A stretch of DNA of 64,000 nt from Rebecca billardiae RCC1528 (taxonomy: Eukaryota > Protista > Haptophyta): assembly GCA_965240325.2 (NCBI GenBank), contig OZ251231.1, positions 744,001 through 808,000 of the forward strand, written 5' to 3'. The first letter of the stretch is position 1, and each line of letters opens with the position of its first letter. This document shows positions 11,255-22,894 of this stretch, piece by piece. Both the position numbers and the translations under genes were made by a program. The notes beneath the pieces are model-generated. The model saw only the letters and a program-made list of their open reading frames with translations, was not told the origin of the DNA and did no database searches.

Positions 11255-12523
11255 ATGGACAATGTCGACACCATGCGTATCAAGGAGCTGCGCGCTCTCG
11301 TGCTGCGCGCGGGCCTGCGCTCTGACGACTGCGTCGAAGTGCCCGAGCTTCGCGCGCGCGCGCGGGAAGCACTCGAGCGCCTCCGCCCCGCCGCTTCCGA
11401 CGGGCGGGGGGAGGACGAAGCGTCTGGCCAGGAGCGCACCGGTGCCGGCGCCGATAGCGCCGACTGGCCGTTAGAAGAGGGCGAGGATCCGGCCGAGTTC
11501 AGGAGCGTTGAGGACATGCGTTTCACGGCCTCGACGGATGCGGCCAAGCGGCGGCGCGGTGCGCGATATCTGGCACGCGTCAGGGCCAAGGCGGAGCAAG
11601 GCCATACGCCCATGTACCTGGTCCTCGCAGGGATCTACGAGCAGGGCCTGCTTGATCAGCAGCCCAGCGGTCCAGAGGCTGGGAGCTGGCTGCGCCGGGC
11701 GGCGGCGGCAGGGCAGAGCGACGCGCGGCTCCGCCTCGCCCAGGAGCTGGGGGGCCAGGGCGAAGGCAACATGGGCATCGCTCTGAACCCGGTCGAGGCG
11801 GTGGCCCTTTACCGAGCGCTGATTGGCGAGGGCAACGCCGACGCGGAGACTTCCGCCAGCGCGATGTATTCCTACGCACTACTACTGTCCGACGGGGCGC
11901 CCGGCGTGCCCCGGGACGTGGGCGCGTCGCGCCGGATGTACGAGAAGGCGGCTCGCCTCGGCCATGCCAAGGCGATGGGCAACCTCGGGTCGTCGCTCGC
12001 GAGTGCCGAGGGTGCAGCGTGCGACATGTCTGGGACGATGGCATGGTGGCGCAAGGGCGCCGACCACGGTGACACGATCTCCAAGTACTGCTTGGGCGTC
12101 GCCCTCGTGCGCGGGTTGAACGGCGTGGCCAAGGACCGAGCGGAGGGAAAACGCTTCCTCGACGCCGCGGCAGACGAAGGCTACGCGGACGCGAAGACGG
12201 AGCTCGCGCGCGTGGCGGCGGAGGAGGCGCGCGATCGCACCGCTGCGCCTCCGACCAAGGCCTCCAGGCCACCTCGCGTGTGTGGCAACTGCGCCAACGT
12301 CGAGCAGGCAGGCGCGCGGCCTCGCTTCGCAGCCTGCCCATGCAAGGCCGCTTACTACTGCTCCAAGCAGTGCCAGCGAGCCGCGTGGAGGGGCCCCAGT
12401 GGCCACAAGCTCGTGTGCAGCGCGCGCATCGAGGGCGACAACCCTCACAGTGCGGCCCCCGTGCCGCCAGCCGCCCCCGCTGCCCCCGCCGCCTCTGACG
12501 GCCTACTGATGGCACTCCTATGA
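11255..12523 (+). CDS. SEL1-like repeat protein with N-terminal SAP-like helix pair and C-terminal MYND zinc finger
   Basis: N-terminal MRIKELRALVLRAGLRSDDCVE. SEL1 repeats WLRRAAAAGQSDA, YEKAARLGHAKAMGNLG and WWRKGADHGDTISKYCLG. MYND CGNC...CPCKAAYYCSKQCQRAAW...HKLVC. Confidence 0.85.
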   Translation: MDNVDTMRIKELRALVLRAGLRSDDCVEVPELRARAREALERLRPAASDGRGEDEASGQERTGAGADSADWPLEEGEDPAEFRSVEDMRFTASTDAAKRRRGARYLARVRAKAEQGHTPMYLVLAGIYEQGLLDQQPSGPEAGSWLRRAAAAGQSDARLRLAQELGGQGEGNMGIALNPVEAVALYRALIGEGNADAETSASAMYSYALLLSDGAPGVPRDVGASRRMYEKAARLGHAKAMGNLGSSLASAEGAACDMSGTMAWWRKGADHGDTISKYCLGVALVRGLNGVAKDRAEGKRFLDAAADEGYADAKTELARVAAEEARDRTAAPPTKASRPPRVCGNCANVEQAGARPRFAACPCKAAYYCSKQCQRAAWRGPSGHKLVCSARIEGDNPHSAAPVPPAAPAAPAASDGLLMALL

Positions 12524-12774
12524 GGTCAGCTAACTATTGCTTAGTGCCGCAGAAAAATAATGATATATTATTATTATATATGACCGCGTTCCGCGGTCCT
12601 TTTTCCGTAGAACGAACGTAGTTCAGGGCCCGCGGTGGCGGTGCACCCTCCGTCGCAGTCGTCTGTTGACAGACCAGTTGCATATGCCCGTACAACTAGA
12701 CTCCATCAGCGGCGCGCCGCCGCCCGCCGCGCCGGGCGGGCCCATTGCAGCCGCCGGCGCGGCGCCGATTGTGT

Positions 12775-13091
12775 ACAGGCGGATGCGACGAGGCGTGATC
12801 GACGCATGAGCGCGACTCCACGTGCACACCAGGCCACGCGGAGCTGACAGCCAGGGAGCACGGTGCGGGGCCGCGGATTCGTTCGGGCCGCTGCTGCTGA
12901 CCGCTGTCCCCGGGGTCACCCCCCGCGCCGGCAGCGCCCGGGAGTAGGGCTGGAGGAGTAGGGTCCGAGTAGGGTTCGACCAGCGCCTGCGCGACGGCCG
13001 ACAGGCGGGCGCGAGGCGTGATCGACGCATGAGCGCAACTCTACGTGCACGCCAGGCCACGCGGAGCTGACAGCCCGAGGGAGCACGGTGC
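12775..13091 (+). repeat. ~92-bp imperfect direct repeat (12775-12866 and 13001-13091)
   Basis: Both copies share CGAGGCGTGATCGACGCATGAGCGC...CAGGCCACGCGGAGCTGACAGCC...GGAGCACGGTGC. Confidence 0.8.
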
Positions 13092-13928
13092 CGAGGTGCG
13101 AGGGCACCGGTGATCCGGTTCGCGCACTCGCCGCGCGTGCACGGGCAGCTGACACACCTCGATCAGGCTCGGCACGCGTTGCAGAGGCACGGCCAGCTCT
13201 GGGGACGTCACGCACCACCGTCGCCCGCGCAGCTCGTCCTCCTCGTAGAGTACCGTTCAGTTCCGAGGCGTAGCCCTCGCTCAGAGTCGACCGACGATGG
13301 ACTCGGATCGTCGGCGCGCCTGCTCTCTCTCAATCAAGAAGAGTTCTGGGAGACCCCGGAAAGGCATGGCAAGGGCGGCGCGTGGTGAAGTCGAAGGCTC
13401 AGAGATCGATCAGTCCGGCATCAGGCGCCGCTGCCCCCGAGCTTGCGAGAGCCCGAACACAGGGCGGCGGCTGCGGCGCCGGCTCGCGGACGCGCCGGGG
13501 CCGCGCAAGGCCGCGCCGAGGCATCGACAGGGCGGCAGGGGCGGCGGGGGCGCGCGGAGTGAGCGGGGGCACGACGAACGCGATGTCGACGGCAGTCGGG
13601 ACCCGCCGCAGCCGCGCGCTCCAGGCGCCATTCGCCGCGCGCACCTGCCCATCGCCGTCCTCACCCGCGTCGGTCGCTCGTGAGCCTCGTGCCCGTGGCT
13701 CGCCTCCAAACGCGGGCCGCCTCTGGTGGGCCGCCGCCCGGGGCCACGCGCGCGCCCAACCAAGTCCGTTCGCGTCAGATAGTATTGAGATTCGCCGAGG
13801 TTGGCCCATCGGCTACTGACCCTTGCCTCGTCGGCTCCTGATACAGACACGGCGCGATTGAATAGTTGATTCAACTGATTCAAGGGACGTACATGGTCAC
13901 ATCGGTTCGCGGCAATCTCTATCTAGAT

Positions 13929-14166
13929 ACGTCATCGCTCCTTGGACCTTGCTGCAATCTCATTGGCCGGAAAAATCGCTTGTAACGGTTCGTTACGTTA
14001 GGGATCCTAAAGGGCGTGAAGTTTTTTGGACGGGCGTCACTCCACGCTTTACTATGAACTTGCCGTGGGCGCGACCTTTTTCGGCCGTGATGCATGTTAG
14101 AGAGGGTCTCAAAATTCGAAACTCGGTCTCCTCCAGCCATGAAAATCGTCCCCCGTCCCTTTTTTC
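13929..14166 (+). repeat. Dispersed AT-rich repeat (degenerate TE), copy 1
   Basis: Colinear with the reverse complement of 63032-63332 (CAATCTCATTGGCC..GGAAAAATCG..GTAACGG.CGTTACGTTA ... TGAAAATCG.CCCCCGTCCCTTTTT). Confidence 0.75.
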
Positions 14167-14638
14167 TTGATCAAAGATCTTTTTGAAACGTTGTTCGGGC
14201 CCGCTGGTGCGGGCTCCACGCTGCGCGCTCCGCCCTGCACCGCGGGCCATTATTATATTCATTATAGTTTAATATATTATAAAAGACAAAGTCGTGATGT
14301 TAAGACCTGTACTACGACAGCCTACTACGTAGCCGTACTCGTAGGGGGCGGGGCTAGGCCGGCTAGGGCGTGACAGACGGCGTGTTCGTCGCAGCAGCAT
14401 GCACGGGCGCGCGCGCGTCAGCCCGCGCCCGGCGCGACCAGACTATGTGAGATGACTGCGGTACATTAAATATATATATATATATATATTATTGGTCTGA
14501 CGTACGACAGACTAGTAGGTAGTATAGCATTGGCAGAACTTCGCGCGCTGGCGCGGCCGTCGGCCAGGGCGGGCGGGCCACGGCGGAACGGTCTCGCGGC
14601 GGCGCTGGCCACATATCTGTTTGATCCATCAGCATTGA

Positions 14639-15202
14639 TCAGTGTGATGTGCCGCCTCCCGCATTCCGCTGGTTGCGCAACGCCAACAGCATAAGCTCGG
14701 CACGGTGTCGTTCTCTCGCTGCGTCCACGTATGCCTCGATATCGATCTCGAGGGCGGAGGAGCTCGAAGTGCTCTCAATCCGTGCCTTGATGCCCTGCCC
14801 TCGCGTGCGCGCCTCGGTTGCCGCCTCTGCCAAACGCCGCTCGACCGCCTCACCAGATGCCACGGCCTTGTACGCCTCGCGTTGTGCCGCAAGCACGCGA
14901 TCGAGCTCGTCTGCGGCTTGAGTGGCATGCTCCTGCGCCTCCCGAGCCCTGGAAACGGTTGTCGCCGACGATGACGCGCGCTCGACGGAGGCGCGCGCGA
15001 GCATCGCGCACGAGGTCACCAGCTTTGCCTCCTCGGCGCGCGCGTCGCGCACCGCCGGTAGCGAGTCGAAGAACGCATCGAAGTCTCGATTATCGCACTC
15101 GTACTCGACCAGGTGCTCGAGCTGAGCGTGGCTCAGGCCCTGGAGCTGGGCTGAGCAGTCCAGATTGGCGAGGGCGCTGGCCGCACTATCAGGGGTAGCC
15201 AT
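14639..15202 (-). CDS. VPS37 / Mod(r)-domain ESCRT-I subunit-like protein
   Basis: Size and coiled-coil pattern fit Mod_r: LQGLSHAQLEHLV..DFDAFFDSLPAVR..MLARAS..RLAEAATEAR..IEAYVDAARERH. Confidence 0.55.
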   Translation of the reverse strand: MATPDSAASALANLDCSAQLQGLSHAQLEHLVEYECDNRDFDAFFDSLPAVRDARAEEAKLVTSCAMLARASVERASSSATTVSRAREAQEHATQAADELDRVLAAQREAYKAVASGEAVERRLAEAATEARTRGQGIKARIESTSSSSALEIDIEAYVDAARERHRAELMLLALRNQRNAGGGTSH

Positions 15203-15380
15203 CGTTGATGCGGGTGGCGATCACAGTCGGCGGAGGACGCGTCCGGGAAGAGTCCCATCCGGACCACCACCCGGCGGAGGCGGCTGCAGCGCGCGCGCCG
15301 CTCGCGACAACAGGGCAGCCAAGAGGGCGGCAGCGTCCTCCGCGTCCGCCAAGATCGGGAACAGCGTCTTCGCGTGCGCG

Positions 15381-18300
15381 ATGGGCGACCCAATGGATGT
15401 CGACAACGCAGCGACAAATGGTGGGTCGGGCGAGCTCGACGAGGCGCTCTACTCGCGCCAGATCTACGTCCTCGGCAAGGAGGCGATGCACAAGATGACG
15501 TCGTGCGACGTGCTCATTGTCGGCGTGCGCGGCCTGGGCGTGGAGATCGCGAAGAACGTGGTGCTCGCCGGCGTGCGCTCGGTCACGCTGCACGACCCTG
15601 AGCCGACGGCCATCGCCGACCTCGGCGCGCAGTTCTTCCTCACCGAGAAGGACGTCGGCAAGCCGCGCGACGAGGCGTGCTACAAGCGCATCGCCGAGCT
15701 GAACCAGTACGTGAAGGTGAGCACGCTGGGCCAGCAGCTGACGCCCGAGGTGGCGTGCGGCTTCTCCGTCGTGGTCTGCGTCGGCCAGCCGATCGGCAGC
15801 TGGGCCGCGCTCAACGCGGCCTGCCACGCCAAGGGCGTGCCGTTCATCGGCGCCGATGTGCACGGCATCGCCGGCTCGATCTTCTGCGACTGCGGCGAGG
15901 CGTTCGTCGTGCACGACACGACGGGCGAGGAGCCGCAGAGCGTGCTCGTCTCGTCCATCACCTCGGACGCCGCCGCCGGCCTCGTGACCACGCACGACGA
16001 GCACCGCCACGGCTTCGAGGACGGCGACTACGTGACGTTCACCGAGGTGCAGGGCATGACCGAGCTGAACGGCAGCGAGGCGGTGCAGATCAAGGTGACG
16101 GGGCCGTACACGTTCACGATCGGCGACACGTCGGGCCTCGGCAAGTACACCGGCGGCGGCTACGCGCATCAGGTCAAGATGCCCAAGACGATCAAGCACA
16201 AGCCGCTGAGCGAGGCGATCGCCGAGCCGGATTTTCTGATCTCGGACTTTGCCAAGTTCGATCGGCCCGCGCAGCTGCACCTGCTGCTGCAGGCGCTGTC
16301 GCAGTTCCGCGAGGTGCGCGCCCCTCGGCCGCGCGCTCCGCGTCTCCGCGCGCGCGCGCACGCTGACGCCGCTGCCCGCCGCTCGCGCCGCCCGCTCGCG
16401 CCGCCCGCTCGCGCCGCCCGCACGCGCGCGCGCGCGCGCGCAGGCAAACGGCGGCGCGCTGCCGACGGCGGGCGACTCTGCGCATGTGGACCGCGTGCTG
16501 GCGATCGTGAAGGAGCTGAACGCGAAGCTCGCCTCGCCGGTCGAGCTCTCCGAGCCGCTGCTGCGCACGCTCGCCTCGAGCTCGTCCGCCGAGATCTCGC
16601 CGATGTGCGCGTTCCTCGGAGGCATCGCCGCGCAGGAGGTGCTGAAGGCAGCTTCCGGAAAGTTCATGCCCATCTCGCAGTGGTTCTACTTCGACGCGAC
16701 GGAGGCGCTGCCGCACAAGCTGGACGCGCCGCTCCCGCCGGCCGAGATCGCGCCGAGCGGCTCGCGCTACGACGCGATGGTCGCCGTCTTCGGCAAGACG
16801 CTGCAGGCGAAGCTGATGCGCGAGCGCTACTTCCTGGTGGGCGCAGGCGCGATCGGGTGCGAGATGCTCAAGAACTGGGCGCTGATGGGCCTCGGCGCGG
16901 GCGAGGGCGGGCTGGTGGTGGTGACCGACCCGGACAACATCGAGAAGTCGAACCTGAACCGCCAGTTTCTCTTCCGCTCGTGGGACGTCTCCAGCCCCAA
17001 GTCCGTCTGCGCGGCGAACAAGGTGAAGGAGATGAACCCGGCGATCAAGATCGAGGCGCAGACGCACAAGGTGGGGGAGGACACGGAGGACATCTACACC
17101 GACGACTTCATGGAGTCGCTCACGGGGATCTGCAACGCGCTGGACAACGTGCACGCGCGGATGTACATGGACTCGCGCGCCGTCTACTACAAGAAGCCGC
17201 TGCTCGAGTCCGGCACGCTCGGCACCAAGGGCAACGTGCAGGTGGTCGTGCCGCGGATGACGGAGTCGTATGCGTCGAGCCGCGACCCGCCCGAGCGCTC
17301 CATCCCCGTGTGCACGCTGAAGAACTTCCCGAACCAGATCGAGCACACGATCCAGTGGGCGCGGGACTCGTTCGAGGGGCTCTTCAAGCAGTCCGCCGAG
17401 GACGCCAACGCGTACCTCTCCAACGGCGACTTCCTCGACAACCTCGAGAAGCAGCCGGGCGTGCGCAAGCCGACGCTGCAGACGCTGCACACTAACCTTG
17501 TGACCGACCGGCCGCGCACGCTCGACCAGTGCGTCGCGTGGGCGCGGCTGCGCTTCGAGGAGATGTACAACAACACCATCCAGCAGCTGCTCTACAACTT
17601 CCCGCGCGACATGGTCACCGCCAGCGGCACCCCCTTCTGGTCCGGCCCGAAGCGCGCGCCCACGCCAATCCAGTTCGACGCCAACGACCCTCTCCACCTC
17701 GAGTTTATCGTCTCAGCGGCCAACCTGCGCGCGGCCATGTACGGGCTCAAGGGGAACACGGACCCGGCGTTCTTCAAGCGCGCGGCGCAGAAGGTGATGG
17801 TGCCCGAGTTCGTGCCCAAGAAGGGCGTCAAGATCCAGGCCAACGAGAACGACAACGCGCCCGGTGCGCGCCGGCGCGCACACGCGCGCGCCTGCACGTA
17901 TGCACGCATGCGCGTCCCGGCGACGCCGGTCGGCTCGCGCGTGCGCGCGCGCCGCCCCGGCTGCGCGCCGCGCGTCTCACCGAGCGCCGCGCGGCTCGGC
18001 CCCCGCCCGCGGCGCTCCGCCCCGCGCGCAGCGGACGGCGGCGTGGACGACGACGACGCGGAGTGCGACCGGCTCACCAAGGAGCTGCCCACGCCCTCGC
18101 AGCTCGCTGGGTACCGGCTCAACCCGATCGAGTTTGAGAAGGACGACGACACCAACTTCCACGTGGCCTTCATCACGGCGGCGTCGAACCTGCGCGCGCG
18201 GAACTACAACATCACGGAGGCGGACGCGCTGCGCACGAAGCAGATCGCGGGCAAGATCATCCCCGCCATCGCGACCACCACCGCGCTCGTCACCGGCCTC

Positions 18301-18929
18301 GTCTGCATCGAGCTGATGAAGCTCGTCTCGGGCGACAAGGTGATCGAGGACTACAAGAACGGCTTTGCAAACCTCGCGCTGCCCTTCTTCGCCTTCTCCG
18401 AGCCCATCCCGGCGCCCAAGACGAAGATGGGCAAGACGGGCACGGAGTGGACGCTGTGGGACCGCTTCGAGGTGAACGAGGGCCGCGACATCACCCTCGC
18501 CGAGTTCATCGACTTCTTCAAGAACAAGCACAAGCTGGAGGTGTGCGCGCGCGCGCGCGCGCTAGCCGACACGCGCAGCGCAGCGCGCGGCGCGCGCGAG
18601 CGGCCGTGCCACGCGCGCGTGCGCTGCGCCGAGGCGGTGCCAGGCCAACCTCCAGGCGCCCGCGCCGTCGCGCCCCGCGTCGTACCCGAGCGCAGGTCAC
18701 GATGATCTCGAGCGGCGTCTCGATCATCTACTCCTTCTTCACCGCGAAGAAGAAGCTGGAGGAGCGCATGCCGATGAAGATGTCCGAGCTGGTCGCGTCG
18801 ATCTCGAAGACCGAGCTGCCGTCATCGTCCAACTGGCTCACGTTCGAGCTGTGCTGCAACGAGATAGACGACGCGGACGAGGAGGTCGACGTACCGGCCG
18901 TCAAGTACCGCTTCCGCAAGTTCGCGTGA
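15381..18929 (+). CDS. UBA1: Ubiquitin-activating enzyme E1; exons 15381-16313, 16444-17863, 18032-18540, 18696-18929
   Basis: Motifs DEALYSRQIYVLG, VGAGAIGCEMLKN, SNLNRQFLFR, catalytic IPVCTLKNFPN and IAGKIIPAIATTTA. Three GT-AG introns restore the frame. Confidence 0.96.
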
Positions 18930-19441
18930 CGGCCGAACCCTGCGGATCCTGACGGAGAGGCAGACCCAATGTGAACAACAAGCGCGAGTTGCACGGTGAA
19001 CTGCCTGACGACTGTGGGACTTCATCGTAACACGGTCAGCACAGTCTCACTGATGATGATATACTTACATATATATATAAAGCGGCTAGTACTCCGCCCG
19101 CGGGAGAATATAGCCTTTCACACCAGGTGCCGGCGGTCGCGGTAGCCATCATGATGATGATGAGTAACTAGTAGTATACGCGCGTATAGTACGTAGTCTC
19201 ATCGCAGTTGCTTGAAACGTCATATTAGTTTATTACGCCCGTCCGAGTAGTGTCGGAAGTCGGACCGAAGACTGCGTCGAAATGAGTGATGATGCCGCGC
19301 AGTCGCGCGAGTGGTCGGCGTCGCCGTCAGTCACGGCAGATATAGTGGCGGCGGCTGTTACCACTGCTACCAGCCAGGTCTCGGCAGCCGCAAGCCCGCA
19401 AGGACGACAGGCTTTTTATCATTGGCAATGGGTCCTTACCT

Positions 19442-20464
19442 CTAGTTAGTAGCAGGCTTAGCAGCGAGCAGGGAGGCCTGCCCGGCTGCCGCAAGGTGCA
19501 TGGGCAAGACGAGCTCGCTGAGTGCAGCCAGGCCGGCAAAGTCCTCGTCGACTACGCCTCGCGCGAATGTGGTGGCCAGCGCGGCGTACGCCACGCCCCA
19601 CTGCTCGACGAACGTGTCCGGGGCCGAGTGCGACACCACCTCCCACTCGCGCTCCACGCGCCCGCCAGAGCGCAGCCGCAGCGCGTGGTAATTGCCGTTC
19701 GGAGAGGTGCGGCTGAGCCGCACGCACGCGCGCGGGGCGCGATCACCAGGCAGCTGGTAGTGCATCGTTGCGGCGAGGTGGTCCTCAACCCGCTTCCCCG
19801 AAGGCGCAGTGCCGCACAGCGCGGGCCCTGGCTCGGCGGTGATGCGCGCGCACCGCGCGGCCACAGCGCCCTCGCCCTCCGTAGGGAGCTGCAAAATCGT
19901 GGCCAGCTCATGCCAGTCATGGGAAGACATGTCGACGCAGATGCCCCCAGAGGCGGCAGCGTACTCGAGCGGCGGGGGCGCGGCATCGCGCGTTTCCAGC
20001 TCGACGGTCACCGCCGACGGATCATCCGCGCTCGCGAGCGCCGCGCGTATCTCGGTAATCGCCGTTCGGACGATCGGATGGAGAGGCCGCTGGAAGCCGA
20101 CATAGGCGCGCAAGCCCTCGGCCGCGCATCGGACCGCGCACTGCTCGACGAAGCGGGGGTCGCCGGATGCTGGCTTCTCGACGAAGATGTTGCGCACGCG
20201 CGCCGCCATCGCGCGGTCCATCCACTTGGCATGTGTGTCGGTCGCCGAGGCGATCATCAGGTGCGTCATGTTGGGCAGAGCGGCCACCATCTCCTCCTCG
20301 TCATGCGTCACGCGCACGCCGGGCAGGACGATGTCACTGTGAGGCGAGTATGCAAGGACGGGGCTGCCCAGCGGCGCCTCGCTCAGTGCACGCGCGTACA
20401 CCTTGCCGATACGGCCGAGCCCGATCAGGCCGATCGTGCATCGATTGTCGTCGGTCGCCGCCAT
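19442..20464 (-). CDS. Gfo/Idh/MocA-family oxidoreductase (myo-inositol 2-dehydrogenase-like)
   Basis: Motifs IGLIGLGRIG, IASATDTHA, IFVEKP, VGFQR and SGGICVDMSSHD. Confidence 0.85.
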   Translation of the reverse strand: MAATDDNRCTIGLIGLGRIGKVYARALSEAPLGSPVLAYSPHSDIVLPGVRVTHDEEEMVAALPNMTHLMIASATDTHAKWMDRAMAARVRNIFVEKPASGDPRFVEQCAVRCAAEGLRAYVGFQRPLHPIVRTAITEIRAALASADDPSAVTVELETRDAAPPPLEYAAASGGICVDMSSHDWHELATILQLPTEGEGAVAARCARITAEPGPALCGTAPSGKRVEDHLAATMHYQLPGDRAPRACVRLSRTSPNGNYHALRLRSGGRVEREWEVVSHSAPDTFVEQWGVAYAALATTFARGVVDEDFAGLAALSELVLPMHLAAAGQASLLAAKPATN

Positions 20465-20520
20465 CGTTTTGGGCTGAATGGCTGATGTACTGTAGTGATG
20501 TCGGGCGCCCAAGTTTTCAA

Positions 20521-22801
20521 CCCCCCTACGTATTTACAGACGGTCTCTGCTGGAGACCGTCTCTGGGGAGCCCGGCCCAGAGACGAACTCTGGGCGCCAG
20601 CCGCCAAAGACCGTCTCTGCTGGAGACCATTTTCTCGGTGGCGCCACTGGCGCGAGCGCTCCCGGGGCTGTGCCGCCGCGGGGCTGCTGGCTCCGTTCGC
20701 CGCCAAGCGCCATGCCGGCCCCGCCCTGGAACGGCGCTGGCACACGAGACCGCGTACAGTACTGCGCACCGTGGATGCACTACGCAGCAGCTACGCTGTG
20801 CAGCGACTCGCGCGCTCCAACTTGTGGTGCCACGCGCTTGCGCGCTCGCGCGAACGCGTGTGTTCGAACGCACCTGTGCATGCTCGCACGCGAGAGGTCT
20901 GACTTGATGCTGACGAGCGTGGTGGCTCATGGCTCGCGAGGGGAGCCACATGCCACACTCTTTCTCCCCGCCCCCGAGCCCTCTCTCGCGCGTGGCTGTG
21001 ACAAGTACGCGCGCGCACGTTCTGAGCGCCGCAGCGCAACATGGCGCGCTCACTCACACTTCGCGCGCACCATCTCCTGCCGCAGACGACCAGCCCGTGC
21101 GCGTCGCGCGCCTTGCCCGAAAGGTGTGCGAGCAGCTGACCCGATCAGATCGATCGCCGGGCGCGCCGAGCAGTCTGCGCCCACGCCGCTGACCGGCGTG
21201 GGCGATGCAGGTTGGCGGATCACCTTACTGTGCGCTGGCCTCGGCGCAGCAGCCAAGTGTCCTGCGCGGCAGCCCTGGAGGTGCTTGGGGGCGCGCGCTC
21301 GGCCGTGGAGGCGCCCGCGCAGGCAAAGTGTATAGCTGAGCAGCCGCGAGAGAGCGCGCAGCGTCCTTCCATGTCAGGCGCCTCGCTCATAGGCACGTTC
21401 AGCACGTCTCGGGGCAGTGCGCGCCCACGCGACGCTGCCGCCCGCCTGCCGCGGAGCACAAGTGCCGCAAGTGCCAGGCGCGGGCAACGGTCAGTGGGAC
21501 ACTGTGTTATCTGTCTTGAAACGTGTTGGCCAGGCAAGTGGTGGTGAGATATTGTCACCATGCGATCCTTTAACTAGGCGCATACCGCTTTCGGCATCTC
21601 GCACCGTCGCGCTCGCGCTGTCGGCCCCGCCGTGACGGTGATCGTCATAGTTACGTGTAGTAGTGGCTCAGTAGTGGACAGTGCCAGGCAAGAAATACGC
21701 AGGCTAGGTGGGACGTGATCAAACCCCTGCTCGACGGTGCGAGGTCATACACTGCGCGTAGGTTAGATCGCACATTCCATCGCCGGCTCGTCCGACCCGT
21801 ACCGACGACGGAGTGCATCGCGGATGGCTGACCGTTGCCCGCGCCTGGCACTTGCGGCACTTGTGCTCCGCGGCAGGCGGGCGGCAGCGTCGCGTGGGCG
21901 CGCACTGCCCCGAGACGTGCTGAACGTGCCTATGAGCGAGGCGCCTGACATGGAAGGACGCTGCGCGCTCTCTCGCGGCTGCTCAGCTATACACTTTGCC
22001 TGCGCGGGCGCCTCCACGGCCGAGCGCGCGCCCCCAAGCACCTCCAGGGCTGCCGCGCAGGACACTTGGCTGCTGCGCCGAGGCCAGCGCGCAGTAAGGT
22101 GATCCGCCAACCTGCATCGCCCACGCCGGTCAGCGGCGTGGGCGCAGACTGCTCGGCGCGCCCGGCGATCGATCTGCTCGGGTCAGCTGCTCGCACACCT
22201 TTTGGGCAAGGCGCGCGACGCGCACGGGCTGGTCGTCTGCGGCAGGAGATGGTGCGCGCGAAGTGTGAGTGAGCGCGCCATGTTGCGCTGCGGCGCTCAG
22301 AACGTGCGCGCGTGTACTTGTCACAGCCACGCGCGAGAGAGGGCTCGGGGGCGGAGAGAAAGAGTGTGGCATGTGGCTCCCCTCGCGAGCCATGAGCCAC
22401 CACGCTCGTCAGCATCAAGTCAGACCTCTCGCGTGCGAGCATGCACAGGTGCGTTCGAACACACGCGTTCGCGCGAGCGCGCAAGCGCGTGGCACCACAA
22501 GTTGGAGCGCGCGAGTCGCTGCACAGCGTAGCTGCTGCGTAGTGCATCCACGGTGCGCAGTACTGTACGCGGTCTCGTGTGCCAGCGCCGTTCCAGGGCG
22601 GGGCCGGCATGGCGCTTGGCGGCGAACGGAGCCAGCAGCCCCGCGGCGGCACAGCCCCGGGAGCGCTCGCGCCAGTGGCGCCACCGAGAAAATGGTCTCC
22701 AGCAGAGACGGTCTTTGGCGGCTGGCGCCCAGAGTTCGTCTCTGGGCCGGGCTCCCCAGAGACGGTCTCCAGCAGAGACCGTCTGTAAATACGTAAGGGG
22801 G
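20521..22801. mobile_element. Foldback DNA transposon with ~973-bp inverted arms, 333-bp spacer and target-site duplication
   Basis: Arm 20522-21494 is near-identical to the reverse complement of 21828-22800. Flanked by the direct repeat TTTTCAA (7 bp; 9 bp GTTTTCAAC if the ends are shifted by one base). Confidence 0.88.
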
Positions 22802-22894
22802 TTTTCAACCAGCTATGGTACAGGGTCCTGAGCAAGCAGGGTGGGCGCACCCCCTCGCTCGCCCCTCGCCGCCCACTTGCTTGCAGCTCGAATC

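Noticed and set aside
20526-22850. ORFs within the foldback arms as a transposase
   Set aside because: They are mirror-image, low-complexity ORFs with no DDE, THAP or zinc-finger motif.
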